Assembly (NCBI GenBank): GCA_013239625.1
Contig: MU053561.1
Span: 4,093,992 to 4,157,991 of the forward strand
DNA length: 64,000 nucleotides
DNA from: Lama guanicoe
Lineage: Eukaryota
Direction of reading: 5' to 3'
The notes below the pieces were generated by a model. The model was not told where the DNA came from. It worked only from the letters and a program-made list of their open reading frames with translations, and did no database searches. Positions within the stretch are counted from its first letter, which is position 1; the number at the start of each line of letters is the position of its first letter. The position numbers and the translations under genes are program-made. Shown here one piece after another: positions 1-12,759 of this stretch.

Positions 1-444
1 TTGAGCATGTCACAACTCTGCTAAGTCTCAATATTTCTACTTCTATGAAAAGAATTGCAAAAACCATTTCCCTTCTAGCCCGACAATTGCTTTCAGAACG
101 ATGAAGACACACCTGCGATTTCTTCAGCTTTGCTAAAGGAACACACTTATCGGAGCAAATTTGAGTCAAATAATATCTGGAGGCTTTCCATTTAAAGTAG
201 AAACAAGTTCATGATCACTGTTCCAGTCCTTCCAACAAACCTGTGAAGCAGGTAATACAGATGAGAGATTGGGACTTAGACTGTGTATTTTTCTCAGACC
301 CAGAGCTATTAGGTGATACAATGGTACGATTCATTTGTTTCTACGGCAGCAATTTCTCATCATCTTTTCTAGCTGATTTCTGTGACTGGCTGCAGCAGAT
401 GTACCTGTCTCAAGAGTTTAGGGCTGAACAGTAGTGGTAATAGT

Positions 445-625
445 TACTACCAACTGAGGCTCTGCTATGAGCCGTGTGTTTGGACAGTTACGTTCATTGA
501 CTCGAATCCTCACAGCGACCCTGAAAGTAGACAGTATTGCTCTTACTTTATAGATTGGTAAGGCTAGGCTCACTTAAATAAAAATGATGGAGTAAGGAGT
601 CAGATCTCGGCAGTGCCACCTTCCA
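445..625 (-). mobile_element. MIR SINE fragment
   Basis: Degenerate reverse MIR core (aatcctcacagcgaccctgaaagtag...ttttatagattggtaaggctaggctca). Confidence 0.65.
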
Positions 626-1944
626 CTCCATGATTGAGGAGAGAACAAATTCCATCGGCGGCTCTGTGGAAAGTCTAATGATTATCCCAGTATCCCTAGG
701 GTCCCAGGGACTTCAACTCAGGGTGCTATCATCAGGGCCAAAAGTTAAAAAGTTATCCAAAATCTACATACTGATGGCTGTGGAACATCCAGAGGGTATG
801 GTAACCACATCAGTCTATGAAAACCTCCTAAGTGAGTGGGAAAATCACTTATGTCCTAGGGGAAGCAGCCAGAACTTACTCACCTTCCACCTCAGAATAC
901 AGCATATTATGACCATTTTTTAAAGCAACTATTTGCATGTCTACCAAATATATCATCTTCTTTATAAGATTATAATCTTTGGGGGAGCAGGGCCCTTAGG
1001 TTATACTTCGAGTCCGCCTTGCCCAAAGAGACTCTAAAGCAGATACTCCATGAATACGTCCAACCCACTGGGTGGGTGGGGTGGGTTGACTGACTGGGCT
1101 GCATGAAAGTTTAGGGGAGACTTCAGTTTACCTCCCTAGAAATTCTCCCCCCCCACCAAAAAAACTGTGTAAAATAAGAAATAGGGGTTGGGGAACTACA
1201 TTAAAAATTGCCCAAGGAAACAAGGTGTAGAACACTTTAACAGATCAGAAAATTCCATCCCACACTCAACCCAGAAGGGATAAAGTTAACACAATGTAAA
1301 AAGTAAACAATGGAAAAGCCAGAGGATTTTTCCCCTCCAGGAGTCCAGCAAAACTGCAGCACTGCAAAATGTGTCTTGTTCCAGGTAGCGCGTAACAAGC
1401 GTGCCGTCCCGGGGGTGTGAAAGCGCTGTTCTCAAGTCAGGGCTCAACATACACACTCCTGCAGGGACTTTTGCCGAAGTTCTCACAAGTCCATCTGTGC
1501 TTTCTTTCTGGAAGGTTCCCTTCCCAGGAATATATCCATAAACGAATCACTGTAATCGCCCCCAGGACAGGGCTCATCTTCAGGAGCTTTAGAACCCACT
1601 TTACATATAGAAGAAAGCACCCCCCACCCCAGATCACTGAGAGAACTAAGAGGAACAGAAGGGTAACCACCATTATCAGTTTGTTGGTTTTTTTTTTAAA
1701 GAAAACCTCAAGTGCAGTAAACACTTCATTACACATGTATAACTTTGTGATTTTACAAATTTTCCACCTCATCTGCCATCATAGGGTGACATCTCCTTGT
1801 GCCCCCAAATCCACAGGGCCTCCTAGCACCTGCCATGAGTCAGTGAGGATTCAGGGAATGCTTCTGCATTTTACTATCAGCTAAAGCAAGCATAATACAG
1901 TTCAACTGCTAGTCTCCTTCTCTCCCCCATCCCCGCTCACTCTC

Positions 1945-1953
1945 CACACACAA

Positions 1954-1985
<32 letters not shown>

Positions 1986-2222
1986 TTCAAAGCTAATTAT
2001 ATGTGATTGTTCACACACACACACCACACACACACACACACATATCACAGATATATATATGTGATTGTTCACACACACACAACACACACACACACACACA
2101 CATTTCAAAGCTAATTATATGTGATTGTTCACACACACACACCACACACACACACACACACATTTCAAAGCTAATTATATGTGATTGTTCACACACACAC
2201 ACCACACACACACACACACATA
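1945..2222. repeat. Compound (CA)n tract and ~60-bp minisatellite, 4 units
   Basis: Unit catttcaaagctaattatatgtgattgttc(ac)n starts at 1983, 2041 (variant), 2101 and 2161; the last two units are identical. Confidence 0.97.
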
Positions 2223-3779
2223 CCCCGGAACTAGAGATTATCCACCTTACTGTTCCCCTAGGGTCACTTGCACTGAGGCACATTTTACCACCCTGCTTCA
2301 AGAAGCAGGTCTGACAGCTCACTCCGTGGCTCTTTCAGAAAAGGGCAAATGGCAGGAATCTCACCCAACTAGACCTGACTCCCAGCAGCGCCCATCTGGG
2401 ACGTGTTATGCATTATGTATGAGAAAACAGCTCCTGCCCTGCGTGGTGCCTTTCGTTAGTTCTCTGAGCTCAGGATGCACCAGAGACTTTTCACTGGGGC
2501 CTCACCAGCAAAGCAGTGTCCCCATCCAGCCCATCAGCCCAAGCCTCTGGGCCAACTCCCACTGACCACAGGAGGCCTCCCTGACCTTTTGTCCTGCAGA
2601 CAGGTGGGACCATACCCCTTCGGCCTTCCAGACCCAGTATGAGCCAATAATCCAATCTCTGTCTGTTTCCCTGCTCCACAAAATTTCCTGTCTCACTCTC
2701 CGCACTGATTCTTAAACAGTTTGCCACTTCCCACCCTCAGATGGATGACCTCCAGGGACGCACGGAGCTGTGCTAAGTGACCACACAAACTCCAGTCAGG
2801 GTGCTGAGCTGCCAGCACTGTCTCCATTCAGAGTGCAGTCTAACCAGTCAAGATGGAACCCACTGGATCCAGAATTGATACATCCTGACCTCTGGGGTGA
2901 GGGGCTCCTCATGTGACTGTCTGTCCCCTCCTCCACTTTTGTACCTTCTCCCCCTCCCTTAAGAATCACATCTTCCAGTCTCTGATGTTCTGTGCTGAGA
3001 AAGGAACAGGCATAATCCCTCGTTCCCAAATCTGCTAATCACAAACAGCAGAGGAGATGCAGACAGCGCCCTCCACATTTGCAGGAGATGCATGTGCACA
3101 CACAGCTCTGTTCTAGTCCCTGGAAGGCACGGTTCTTTCTGGTTTGCATTCCCAAGGGAAGTGGCTATTTTGAAACCAGCCTGGGGGATATGAAGATAGC
3201 TGACCCTTCTTGTTGTCCAAATAGAGAGAGAGAATATCCAGAAGGTGACAGGCCATCTGTGGCTGGTTTGAATACATTCTTTAAGTTTTACGTTGAAGTT
3301 GATTCTTTTCCCATACGATTTCCATAATGTTCCTTTTCTTTATTTATTTTTCCATGAAGAAGTGTCCTCTCATACTCTCCTGTTTGTGACTCTCAAGGCT
3401 TATTAAAAAATGTTGAGGATAAAAAACACAGAAGTCCCTCCAGGCATGTTATTAGTGCCCAATAATCTGAAACTCGAAACAAAACTGTGAAGAAAGTGAA
3501 GTTTTTCTCCCACACTCAGCACTTCTCCTGCCCTCAACAGGCACACACACTTGGCTTGCTTCTCTCTTCACCCTGGTACCCTCCTGAGCCTTCCTGGCAG
3601 CCTTGGGCAGGAGACAGTGCAACTAACCCCCGCTCCCCTGCAATCGCCTGAGCTCCAAGTTCACCCCTCATCCCATCACTTAATCTCTCAAGCTAATTCA
3701 AAAGGATGTGTTAATGAATGCTAATGGAAAATAAAAATAACAACACTTTACATATGTATATGTACATACTTATCAAAGC

Positions 3780-3990
3780 ACTGAACAGTGTTCAAGGCTG
3801 TTACATTAATCATTTCACTTGACAGTGTTTCATATATTGGCCCATTTGTTAGAAAGGCTGAAATTTTCTTCTTCATTTGATGGATGAGGAAATTGAGGTC
3901 CTTAGAGTTTAAATGTCTGGCCCAAAGTCACAGAGCTAGAAGGATGGGAATTGGGACTAGATCCCAATGTTCCGGAATGTGGTTCCCATA
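3780..3990 (-). mobile_element. MIR SINE
   Basis: gatgaggaaattgaggtccttagagtttaaatgtctggcccaaagtcacagagctag matches the reverse MIR core. Confidence 0.75.
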
Positions 3991-4054
3991 CTGTGGCTGG
4001 ACAGTTGCTCTTTCAGCCTGTGTGTCTCCTTTTGAAAGAGAACAGCTGGAGCAG

Positions 4055-4235
4055 GCAGTGCCTTAACTGTTTCACAAGGCAGAGACCAGATGCTAGAACC
4101 ACTGGGGGTACTTGTTCACAGTGCAGATTCCTGGGTACCACCTCCAAGCCTAGTGGATCTGAATCTGAGTGAGGGGCCAAGAAACCTGCAATGGCTTCAA
4201 GGATGATTCTTACGCACACTAATGTCTGAGAACAT
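4055..4235. mobile_element. MER5A-like hAT-Charlie DNA transposon
   Basis: tgcagattcctgggtaccacctcc...ctgaatctga...gatgattcttacgcacactaatgtctgagaac resembles the MER5 family. Confidence 0.7.
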
Positions 4236-5048
4236 TTTCCTTAAGTCAAGGAACTAGATTTCTAATGGTGAAACTTCAGAAAAAGAAAGATTAAAGGACT
4301 ATTTGAGAAATGCTTATGTTGAATCCCATTAATGCTTTCTGAGCACTACCATGGTCTGCACAGCCGGGAGCAGCCAGACTCTGCCAAAGTATTGTTCCCC
4401 ACCTTACCCTCCACCCCAGGACTATTCTGCCCCAACCAGGAGCACCCACTGCCTTCTTGGGCAAGGAGGCATGTTCTATGTTACTTTCTGTTTTCTGTCC
4501 TCGGTCTCCATGTTCTGTTGTGCTTGACGTTGTTAAATATAAACTCAAAAATGAGAAGAAAGAATAAAAGAGTGTTAGGAAAACATCCTCTTCTTCCTTT
4601 CGAGAACATTTTGTCTCCACCATTATGCAAGAATAATTCGTTATTATCAAGGATCAAGTCCCCTGTGGCTACATTTATGTAAAATTCTAAAACATCTGGA
4701 TAATTGATTGACTTTTTCTCTTTTCATTTGACTGTGCAGCATTGTGTACAACCAGCCCGTGTGTTCCCCCATGGGAACCGCTGGGGATGTAAATCCATCC
4801 CTCAGCTCTTTAATTAAAGTTGCAAAAACATCAAGAGGGTCTCACCCTTGTAAACACAAGGAGCCTTTCCAGGAAATAGCTCTGCCTCTTGTGTTAACAG
4901 ATGTCATAGGGCAGTTGGGTGGGAGAGTGTTGTTTTAAAATTCTCAATCTGCCTCACAAGAGTTTTTTCCTTAGATGGTTCCTGGATAGTATCACATACT
5001 TTTTTCAACTTTTTCATTACCTCATGCAGCTTTTCTGCTCCTTCTCAC

Positions 5049-5352
5049 TACAATGGTCTGGATGTTTGTGCCCATCCTCAAGATTCACACACTGAAATCC
5101 TGACCCCCAAGGTGAATAGGAGATGATTAGGTCAAGAGACCCCAGAGACACCCCTTGCAACTTCCACCATATGAAGCTACAGCAAGAAGTCATCAGGTTG
5201 CATTTCAGAAGAGGGCCCTCACCAGAACCTGACATTGCTGGTAACTTGATCTTGGACTTCCATCCTCCAGAACTGTGAGAAGTAAATTTCCATTGTGTAT
5301 AAGCTTCCTAGTCTGTGGTATTTTGTTAAAGCAGCCAGAACAGACTAAGACA
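5049..5352 (+). mobile_element. MaLR solo LTR (MLT1A-like)
   Basis: Typical 3' part ttggacttccatcctccagaactgtgagaagtaaattt...gcagccagaacagactaagaca; candidate 5-bp TSD ctcac/ctcag. Confidence 0.85.
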
Positions 5353-6739
5353 CTCAGCTGAACGCTTGTCATGTAGATCAGAAGTAACTCAAAAGTCAGC
5401 CTGTTAGATCACTGATGGCCATCATCTGCCATTGTCTGATTTCCCTGGATTGGGCCACATTCTCATCATTTGCCTCCTGATACTGAGAGAGTGAGCACCT
5501 TTGTAGTAACACAATATTGGAGGCATCTTCCTGATTTTAAACATCTGAGTGAAAAGAAGAAAATCTTTTCAGAAAATCATGATGCTTAGCATCATGGTAA
5601 CAAGGTTCCAGACACATAACAGAATTTTTTTTTAATTCATATTTTTGGGGGCTTATTGGTTTCAACATCTCTTTGCATGCTGCTTTGTCAAAAACAAGCA
5701 GCCTTCCAGGTGAGTGTTCTTCTGTTCCAAGAAAGGATGGCAAGCCCCTAGAAGGAGGAACTGAGAGCCTTCACCTTAGAAGGGGATCAAGCCAGAACAG
5801 AGGAGACATAGGAGAACACGTCCCAGAAGCAGAGGGTGAGAAGACAATGGACAGGATGTTAGAGAGTTTGAAATCTTGAAGATAAGCAATTCTGAGTTCA
5901 GCCACGGGGTAGCAGTCAGTCCCAAGATATGGCTGACAAGTAACTAAAGAGAACAGAGATAATGGTCGTTGGTACTGACTCCATCAAGGAACAGAGCTGA
6001 GAGAGCAAAGATGTCTCTGTATGGATGCCAAAGTCCGAGGGATAATTAGCACATATAAACCTGTGCTCAAATCATGGAGAACAGCCAAAGGTTGTCCACA
6101 AGATGCCAAATGATGAAAACAACAAAGCAATAAATGGGGCAGTATGAGAGGATTGGCCTTCCTAAGAGATGCTATACTCAGAAGATGGTGGAATAATGGT
6201 CTAGAAGCAGAGGAGATGCAAGGATTATGCCAGCCAAGCTCATCATTCAGGCACCCAGAGAGAGAGAAGTGGTGCCTTAGGATTTTCTCACCCTACTCCC
6301 CACCACTTGCAACCCATCCCACTCCTGTATCCCACCACCAGAGAGATTCCGGGAAAGCTCTCAATCCTTGCCCCTATGCTTCAGGATATGCTTCTGTGTT
6401 CTGGCTACAGAAAGATCAGAACATTCAATATTCAAAAGCTCCTAGCTCTGTTCCATCAGCACTCAGCAGAAGGTGAAGGGGGACATGAGTATGACTCCAT
6501 CCAAAAGAGAACCACAGGGAGGAAAGAATGCTCTCAATGCCTCTGAACTTCTCAGGTCTTAGAGCAAAAGTTAAGTAGCAGACAGCCTGAGAGGAAGGGG
6601 AGGGATGAGTTCAGAGAGAGACATGGTGCTCAGGCAAAGAGAAACCCTTGCACTCACACTGCTCTTAGGCAAGTATGTGCCTCCAAAAGCCCAGGCTGAG
6701 TGTAGCGTGACTGATACCCAATGAGTCAATATCAAGGGG

Positions 6740-6910
6740 AGCAGCAGAGAGCACTGGACTGAGAGTCTGAAAACTGAATTCTGGATCTGACCACCACTAA
6801 TTTCTGGTGTGACCCTAGGCAGGTCATTTAACATCTTTGGGCCTTAGTTTCCTCGTATGTAAAAGAGAGGGGCTAGGTTGGATGATCTCTAAGGCTTCCT
6901 CTAGCTCTGT
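6740..6910 (+). mobile_element. MIR3-like SINE
   Basis: tgtgaccctaggcaggtcatttaacatctttgggccttagtttcctcgtatgtaaaa followed by gatgatctctaaggcttcctctagctctg. Confidence 0.8.
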
Positions 6911-7419
6911 GTCCAATCCCATCTGGTTCAGGGAGGAGGGAGTAGAGGGAAGCACAGAGGCCCTAGATGATGGGGTATTGCTGCCAAAATCACCCTCTCC
7001 CCCCACCTCCTGTTCTCTCATTGACATGCCCTTTATTATCTTGTTGTTGTTGATGTAGTGTTTTTCCCACAAAGCTCTGTGGGATACGACGGCAGGGCAC
7101 ACAGAGAGCAGATATGAAAGGAGTGTGGTAGTGGGAAAGAGGAGAAAGAGTTTCTCTAGGATTTCCCAAGCCCCTGCTCTCCAGGGCAGCAGGCTGAGGA
7201 GGTGTGCCTTCCAGACTGGGACTCTAAGAAGGTGAAGATCTCTCAGCCTCCCCCACCCCCTCCAAGCCCTGCAACCTTCTCACCGACATTCCCGGTTCCC
7301 GCACCAGGTCACCGGTCTTCTGTCTCCATCATATCCTGCTTTCTTAACAAACTTCTGTGGGACTCTGGCTCATTCCTATAAAGGTCAAGGAGCTGAGCTG
7401 GTACGATCTGTAAATCACA

Positions 7420-8200
7420 GTATGCTTCCGGCAACAAATGGTTTTTGCTACATAGCGAAACATGGCAAAATTTAGTGATTTAAAGCAACAACCATTTTAT
7501 TTGCTCCAATTCTGTGGGTCAGCTGGCTAGTTCTTCTGGTCTGGGATGGCTTGTCTGTGGCTAGATGGTCTAGAATAGAGCTGCCCAATCGAAATATAAT
7601 ACAAACCATGTCTGTAATTTGAAATTTTCTAGTAGCCACATTTTAGAAACTTAAACAGGTGAAGTTAATTTTAATAATATAAGTTAGCCCAATATAACCA
7701 AAATATTATTTCAATATGTAATTAATATAAAAATATTAATGAAATATTTTACATTCTCTTATACAAGTATTCAAAATCCAGTGTGCGTTTTACACTTACA
7801 GCACATCTGAATTCATACTGGCCACATTTCAAGTGTTCAACAGCTACTGTATAGGACAGTGCGGGTCTAGAATGATCTCACCTGTGTACTGAGGTTCTAG
7901 CACTGATAGAAACTCTTCCTCTATCATACAAACAAATCTGGGCTGGAGGGAGCTCCAGCCATTCCAGCCATTCCAACTACCCCATGTGAGTGAGATCATT
8001 CTAGACCTACACTGTCCTATACAGTGGCCACTGAGCACTTGAAATGTGGCCAGTATGAGTTGAGACGTGTTATAAGTGTAAAATGCCCCTGGATTTTGCT
8101 AAACTCCCATTGTCCTAGGCAAGTCATGGGACCTAATCCAGAGTCAATGTGGGAGGGATCTACCTGAGGGCCTGGTTACCAGGAGGCAACTAGGAGGCAG
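7420..8200 (-). mobile_element. Old MaLR LTR (MLT1 family), interrupted by MER33 and internally rearranged
   Basis: aaaatttagtgatttaaagcaacaaccattttatttgctc...ttctgtgggtcag upstream and cccattgtcctaggcaagtcatg...ccagagtcaatgtgggaggg downstream are reverse MLT1 motifs. Confidence 0.7.
7576..7864. mobile_element. MER33 hAT-Charlie DNA transposon with 8-bp TSD GTCTAGAA
   Basis: MER33-type body (aaattttctagtagccacatt...ttttacacttacagcacatct...ggacagtgc); GTCTAGAA at 7568-7575 and 7865-7872 fits the Charlie NTCTAGAN target. Confidence 0.9.
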
Positions 8201-8299
8201 CCGTTTCTTCCAAACCCCCAGACTCCAGAAAGACATCCCACCATCACCACCACCAGCCTCCTCTTCTCACAGAATATTTCAACACAGAGGAAAACACAA

Positions 8300-8735
8300 A
8301 AAACGAAAATTAAAATTATCCATACTCCTCCCTCCCACAAATAACTAGATAATTCTATCTCCCACAGATACTGTTGCCTATCCACTAGTTCTTCAATACA
8401 TATATACATAGTCATGTTATAGCTACAATCAAATTCTGTAATACTATTTTCATTTAATGAAACAACCTTAACATATTCCCATGTTAGTAAATATTCTTCT
8501 AAGATGTGAATTTTAATGGTTTCATAGCATTCTATTGTATGGATATACCACAATTTATTTAAATAATCCCTTATTGCTAAAAGGCTGTTTCCCATTTTTC
8601 ATGCTTATAAATAATGAGGAAATGAGCCATCTTAGTTCACATATTTTCCACCCTATTCAAGATCATATGTGAAAAAATGGATTCCTAGAAATAAAATTTC
8701 TGGGTCAGAAATACTGAACATTTCAAAGTATCTGA
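8300..8735 (-). mobile_element. Ancient L1ME 3' fragment
   Basis: tttaatggtttcatagcattctattgtatggatataccacaatttatttaa...ggattcctagaaataaaatttctgggtcaga. Confidence 0.75.
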
Positions 8736-8747
8736 TTACTTGACTGA

Positions 8748-9050
8748 TTCATTCAGTCAACAAATATTACTAATCATCTATAAGGTTCAGACACTCTTAA
8801 AGGTGCTGGGGATAAAGCAGTGAGCAAAACAGACAAAAAGCCTCTATTCTCATGGAGGAGCTTACACTGCACTAGTGGGAGGCTTTAATAAGGAAGAAGT
8901 GTATTATCTATTATGTTAGCGAGTAATAAGCCCTATGGAGTAAAGCAGGTTGGGATAGGGGATGGGGAGTGCTGTGGTGGGGAGCCGGCTACAAATGTAA
9001 TTAAGATAGTCAGCAAAGGCCTCCCTTATGTGTCATTTGCTCAAAGTATA
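8748..9050 (-). mobile_element. L2 LINE 3' end
   Basis: attcattcagtcaacaaatatt...gtgctggggataaagcagtgagcaaaacagacaaaaagcctct. Confidence 0.8.
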
Positions 9051-9882
9051 TTGTTCAATTTCTTTCTTCAGGGTATATAAGATAGGAGGAGTGCAGGACA
9101 CTGGGAAAAAGTACTAAATAGGTAACTAAAAAGGTCAGAGTCCAGTTCAGCTCCACTGTAGGTCTGCCCTGGCTATTCCATTTGCCTTCACCTATAAACA
9201 ACTGTAGAGTTACAACTAGACCCCTGGTTGCCAAGCTGGGGACTCGTGGAGGGGAAGAGTCCCAGACTATGAGTCCCATGGGGGTACACACACACAGTGG
9301 GAGCCGCATAACACTGGGGATAATTAGAGGGAGGGAGATGTTGTACGGCAGTGGGGTCTTTGAGCATTCTCCCCAAAGGCCAACTCTCAGTCTCATGGGG
9401 GCTGACTCACCTCTTTGGTCAAGTGTTTGTTCTGATTGGCCAGAAGCTACAATCTTTTTTTTTCTCAGACCCTCTTCCACCATCACAGCAGAGTGCTTGC
9501 AAATAGTAAATACTGTGTATATATATTCGATGACTGCATGGCAAATTAAATAGAGTTAAGAATAAATAAAGAAGGAAATATCTCTATTTGATGAGGGTAA
9601 AGAGGGCTTCACTATTCACAAAGCAAGCCAGTGGCATTGTAGAGGCAAAGTAAGATGAGAAAGATGATAGCAGTCTCATGAAAAAAGAATTTGGTCTAGT
9701 TATAATTCTACCACTGACTAGACTTATATCCTTGGATGCAGCATTAATCTCTAGAATTGTCTTCTTTTTATCTGGATATGGATAACACAAAACAGTACAC
9801 ATCTCTACCCTTAAAGACTGGGTCATAGAGAACACCGCAAAAGATCTGGTTGAAACTAGCCTTTGCTGCTACTCACAAAAGC

Positions 9883-10790
9883 ATTCATTCATTCAATCAA
9901 CAAATGTTCATAATGTGCCTATTATGGGCCAGGATTATTCTAGAGTTGAGAACAACTATTCTGGGTGTCAGAGATATACAAGAAAGACCAGTCCAGATCT
10001 ACATTCTATAGAGGGAGGCAAATATATAAAGAGAAATTCAGAAAGGATGATATAATAGAAAATGACTGAGTGGTCTCTTTAAGTTGGGTGGTCAGGTAAG
10101 ACCTCTCTGAGAAAGTGACATTTAAGCTGAGATCTGAATGAAAAGCAGGAGCTAGATAATGTAAAAATCAGGAGCAAAAGGGAGCTGCAGATACCCCGAG
10201 GTGTGTTTAAGAAACAGAGAGGATACCAGAGTAGCTGGAGCTTCATAGGTGATGGGAGATCGGTGTGAGTTGAGGGTCAGGTAAGGAAGCCTTGTAGGAG
10301 TTTGAATTTTAATCTAAAAGCTATCAAAGAGCTTTGGGTAACAAGTTGCATATCTCATTTGTGTATGGAAAATGGAGAAGGGGATTGAGGGCAGGAGTAA
10401 AAATAAAAGAGCAGCAAAGAGACTGCTGCCATAATTTTGGTGAGAGAAGAAGGACTAGGGTGGTAGCAGAGAAGAAAGAAGTGGACTGATTTTGTTATAG
10501 TTTTCAATAGGATTTCCAATGGATGAGATCTTGGCTTTGGCTAGTGGATGAACGCTGAGACAATTTACAGAAATGGGAAAGATTTAGGAGTAGCAGATTT
10601 TTCAGGAAAACTCAAAAGACCTATTTTGACTTTGTCAGGCTGGAGAAGGCTACCAGATATCCAATGGAAGTGCTGAGTAGACAGCTGGAAACGAGTCCAG
10701 AATTTTGGGTAAGAGTTCAGGTTTGCAGCACAATTCTAAGTTGGCAGGACGTGAATGTGATTCAATGTAATCTTTTCCTTTCACTAAGTT
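9883..10790 (-). mobile_element. L2 LINE fragment
   Basis: cattcattcattcaatcaacaaatgttc...ggtcaggtaagacctctctgagaaagtgacatttaagctgagatctgaatgaaaag. Confidence 0.8.
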
Positions 10791-12759
10791 GTCAAATGAT
10801 GAAATGATCAAGTAGTTTTAAGGAGAGTACAGAACACTAACTCAGCCCCATAAGCCCAGATTCATCTGGCACTCACTGAGCGAGGCCTTCCCCACCTCCA
10901 ATCTTCATTTTGCTTGACTGTGAAATAGAGCTAGTGGTGATACCTATAAAGAGAGGCTGTTCTGAGGATGGAAGGAGCCAATATGTGCAAAAGTGCCTAG
11001 AAGGGTATTGAGCACAACGTAGGCAGGCCTCTTTCAGTAAATGGCTGTCTGCTCTATTCAATCTGTCAGGCCTTCTAGAAAAAGACAAAGATTAATGTGG
11101 GGATCACCCTCAGAGGATGTCTTCCCCATTCCTCACAGACCCTCTTGTTGACAGTGTTGGTAAAGGCAAAATCTACACTGTACGGAGCCCTCACTTGAAC
11201 CTAAAATCAGCTGCTTCTGGGTAAAAAATGGTGATGGCTTTTTTTGACAGCCATGCTATTTGTCAGGTAATAACACATTTTTTACACAGAAAATTAGATT
11301 TAAGCCAAGTGAGCAACAGTTAAAAAATGCATTCTACAAATATTATTACTACTCTGAGTGGAATAATATTTTAGCTTTCTCTCTCCCTCCCTCTCTCTTG
11401 CTCTTTCTCTTTTTTTCTTAAGAAAGTGCCTGCGAGGAGCCTATTTTAGAGGGTGACTCGAGTAGTTTTCTGGCTGTCCTCCAGGGAGGTTCATGGCAAG
11501 GGTTGCTCAAGCTGCAGACAGTGGTTTTGTGGGCTCTTGGTAGCTGCTTTTAAGTGCCCATCAGACCTCTCATTCCCACGTCTTCCTAGTTCACAGAGGT
11601 GCAGGGCTCCTAACCACTAAGGACGAGTGTAGATCCTCTGAAGTCAAAGGGTTGAAGAGGGAAGCAGGGAGGGCTGTTACCTAATTCCACGGTCAGCTGT
11701 TCCCTTCTCATGACAGTAGCAATTCCCCCCTGGACTTGCTCCAGGGTCCTGGTGGGAAAATCTGTAGACGACTACCACAGCAAACAGCACCTTGGGGAAT
11801 GTTCTTGTGGTGTTTCTGTCATAAAGGGGCCATTTGCGCTCAAGGGGTTTCCACAGAGGACACCAGCCCAGCATGGTGTGTCACGAAAAGGCCACAGGGC
11901 AAGGGCCTCCTGTGAACCACCCAGGCCCTCCGCACGGGAGGGAGGCAGGGCTGCTGTGCCAAGGCCAGGGGCACAGCAGGGCTGGACAAGTAGAAGCTGT
12001 TAATTGGCCAGTTCAAGTGGGTCTTAATTCTGGGTGAATAAATTAAGCCTTGACATGTCACAGATATGGCTCCACCTAGGAGCTCTGGTACCAGCCTCCA
12101 CTCTGAATTTGCTGGGACCCATAATCTCCCTGGAGTTTCCTCCCTGAATGGAGAGAGTATTCCCTGCACTCTTTAGGAAAAGGTCAGGTTAGGCCAGAAG
12201 GTGCTCCCAGTGGCAGCAAGTGACGTAATGAGGAATCAGCAGGAATGTAGCAGCTAAACAAGAGCCAAGAGTCGTGTGACTGCATCCTAGTAAAGCAGGG
12301 CCCTCTCACAGCCCCCCCCTGCTTTACCAACTGCCCATCAAGAAGGCAGCTGTACTGCTGCACCATCTGGGCAGCCCTGTGAATGACAGACGTCCTGAGC
12401 CAAACACACTGGGAAGGAAAGGAATGTCTTAACCGGGAATTCCTTCCTTCACCATGTTTCTGCATTGTGTGTTGCCCTGGATAAGGCTACCTGGCCTCAG
12501 GGAATGTAAAATGGAAAGGGGGAGGTCTGCATTCTGGGACTGGATCTGACACCTGTTTCTCTAAGCAAACTTCATTCAGCTATTGGACAGATAAAGATTG
12601 AGCTTTGTGCAAGGGCCAGAGAGTTCCAGGAGGCAACAATTCGAAGGCAGCCTGCCCTCCAAGTTTATGGGTTGATGAAGCACACAACGAGGTACAATAT
12701 GCAAACATCATAAATGGCCATAAACATATGAGTGCCTCGCTAGATTGCAGTCTATAAGC

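Noticed and set aside
1070..1085. G-quadruplex motif GGGTGGGTGGGGTGGG
   Set aside because: A real motif but common in mammalian DNA, with no functional context here.
1983..2220. CRISPR-like repeat-spacer appearance
   Set aside because: The 'spacers' are CA microsatellite rather than unique sequence, the context is mammalian, and no cas genes are present.
1902..2322. Cys/Val-rich and His/Thr-rich ORFs
   Set aside because: Translations of the (CA)n minisatellite.
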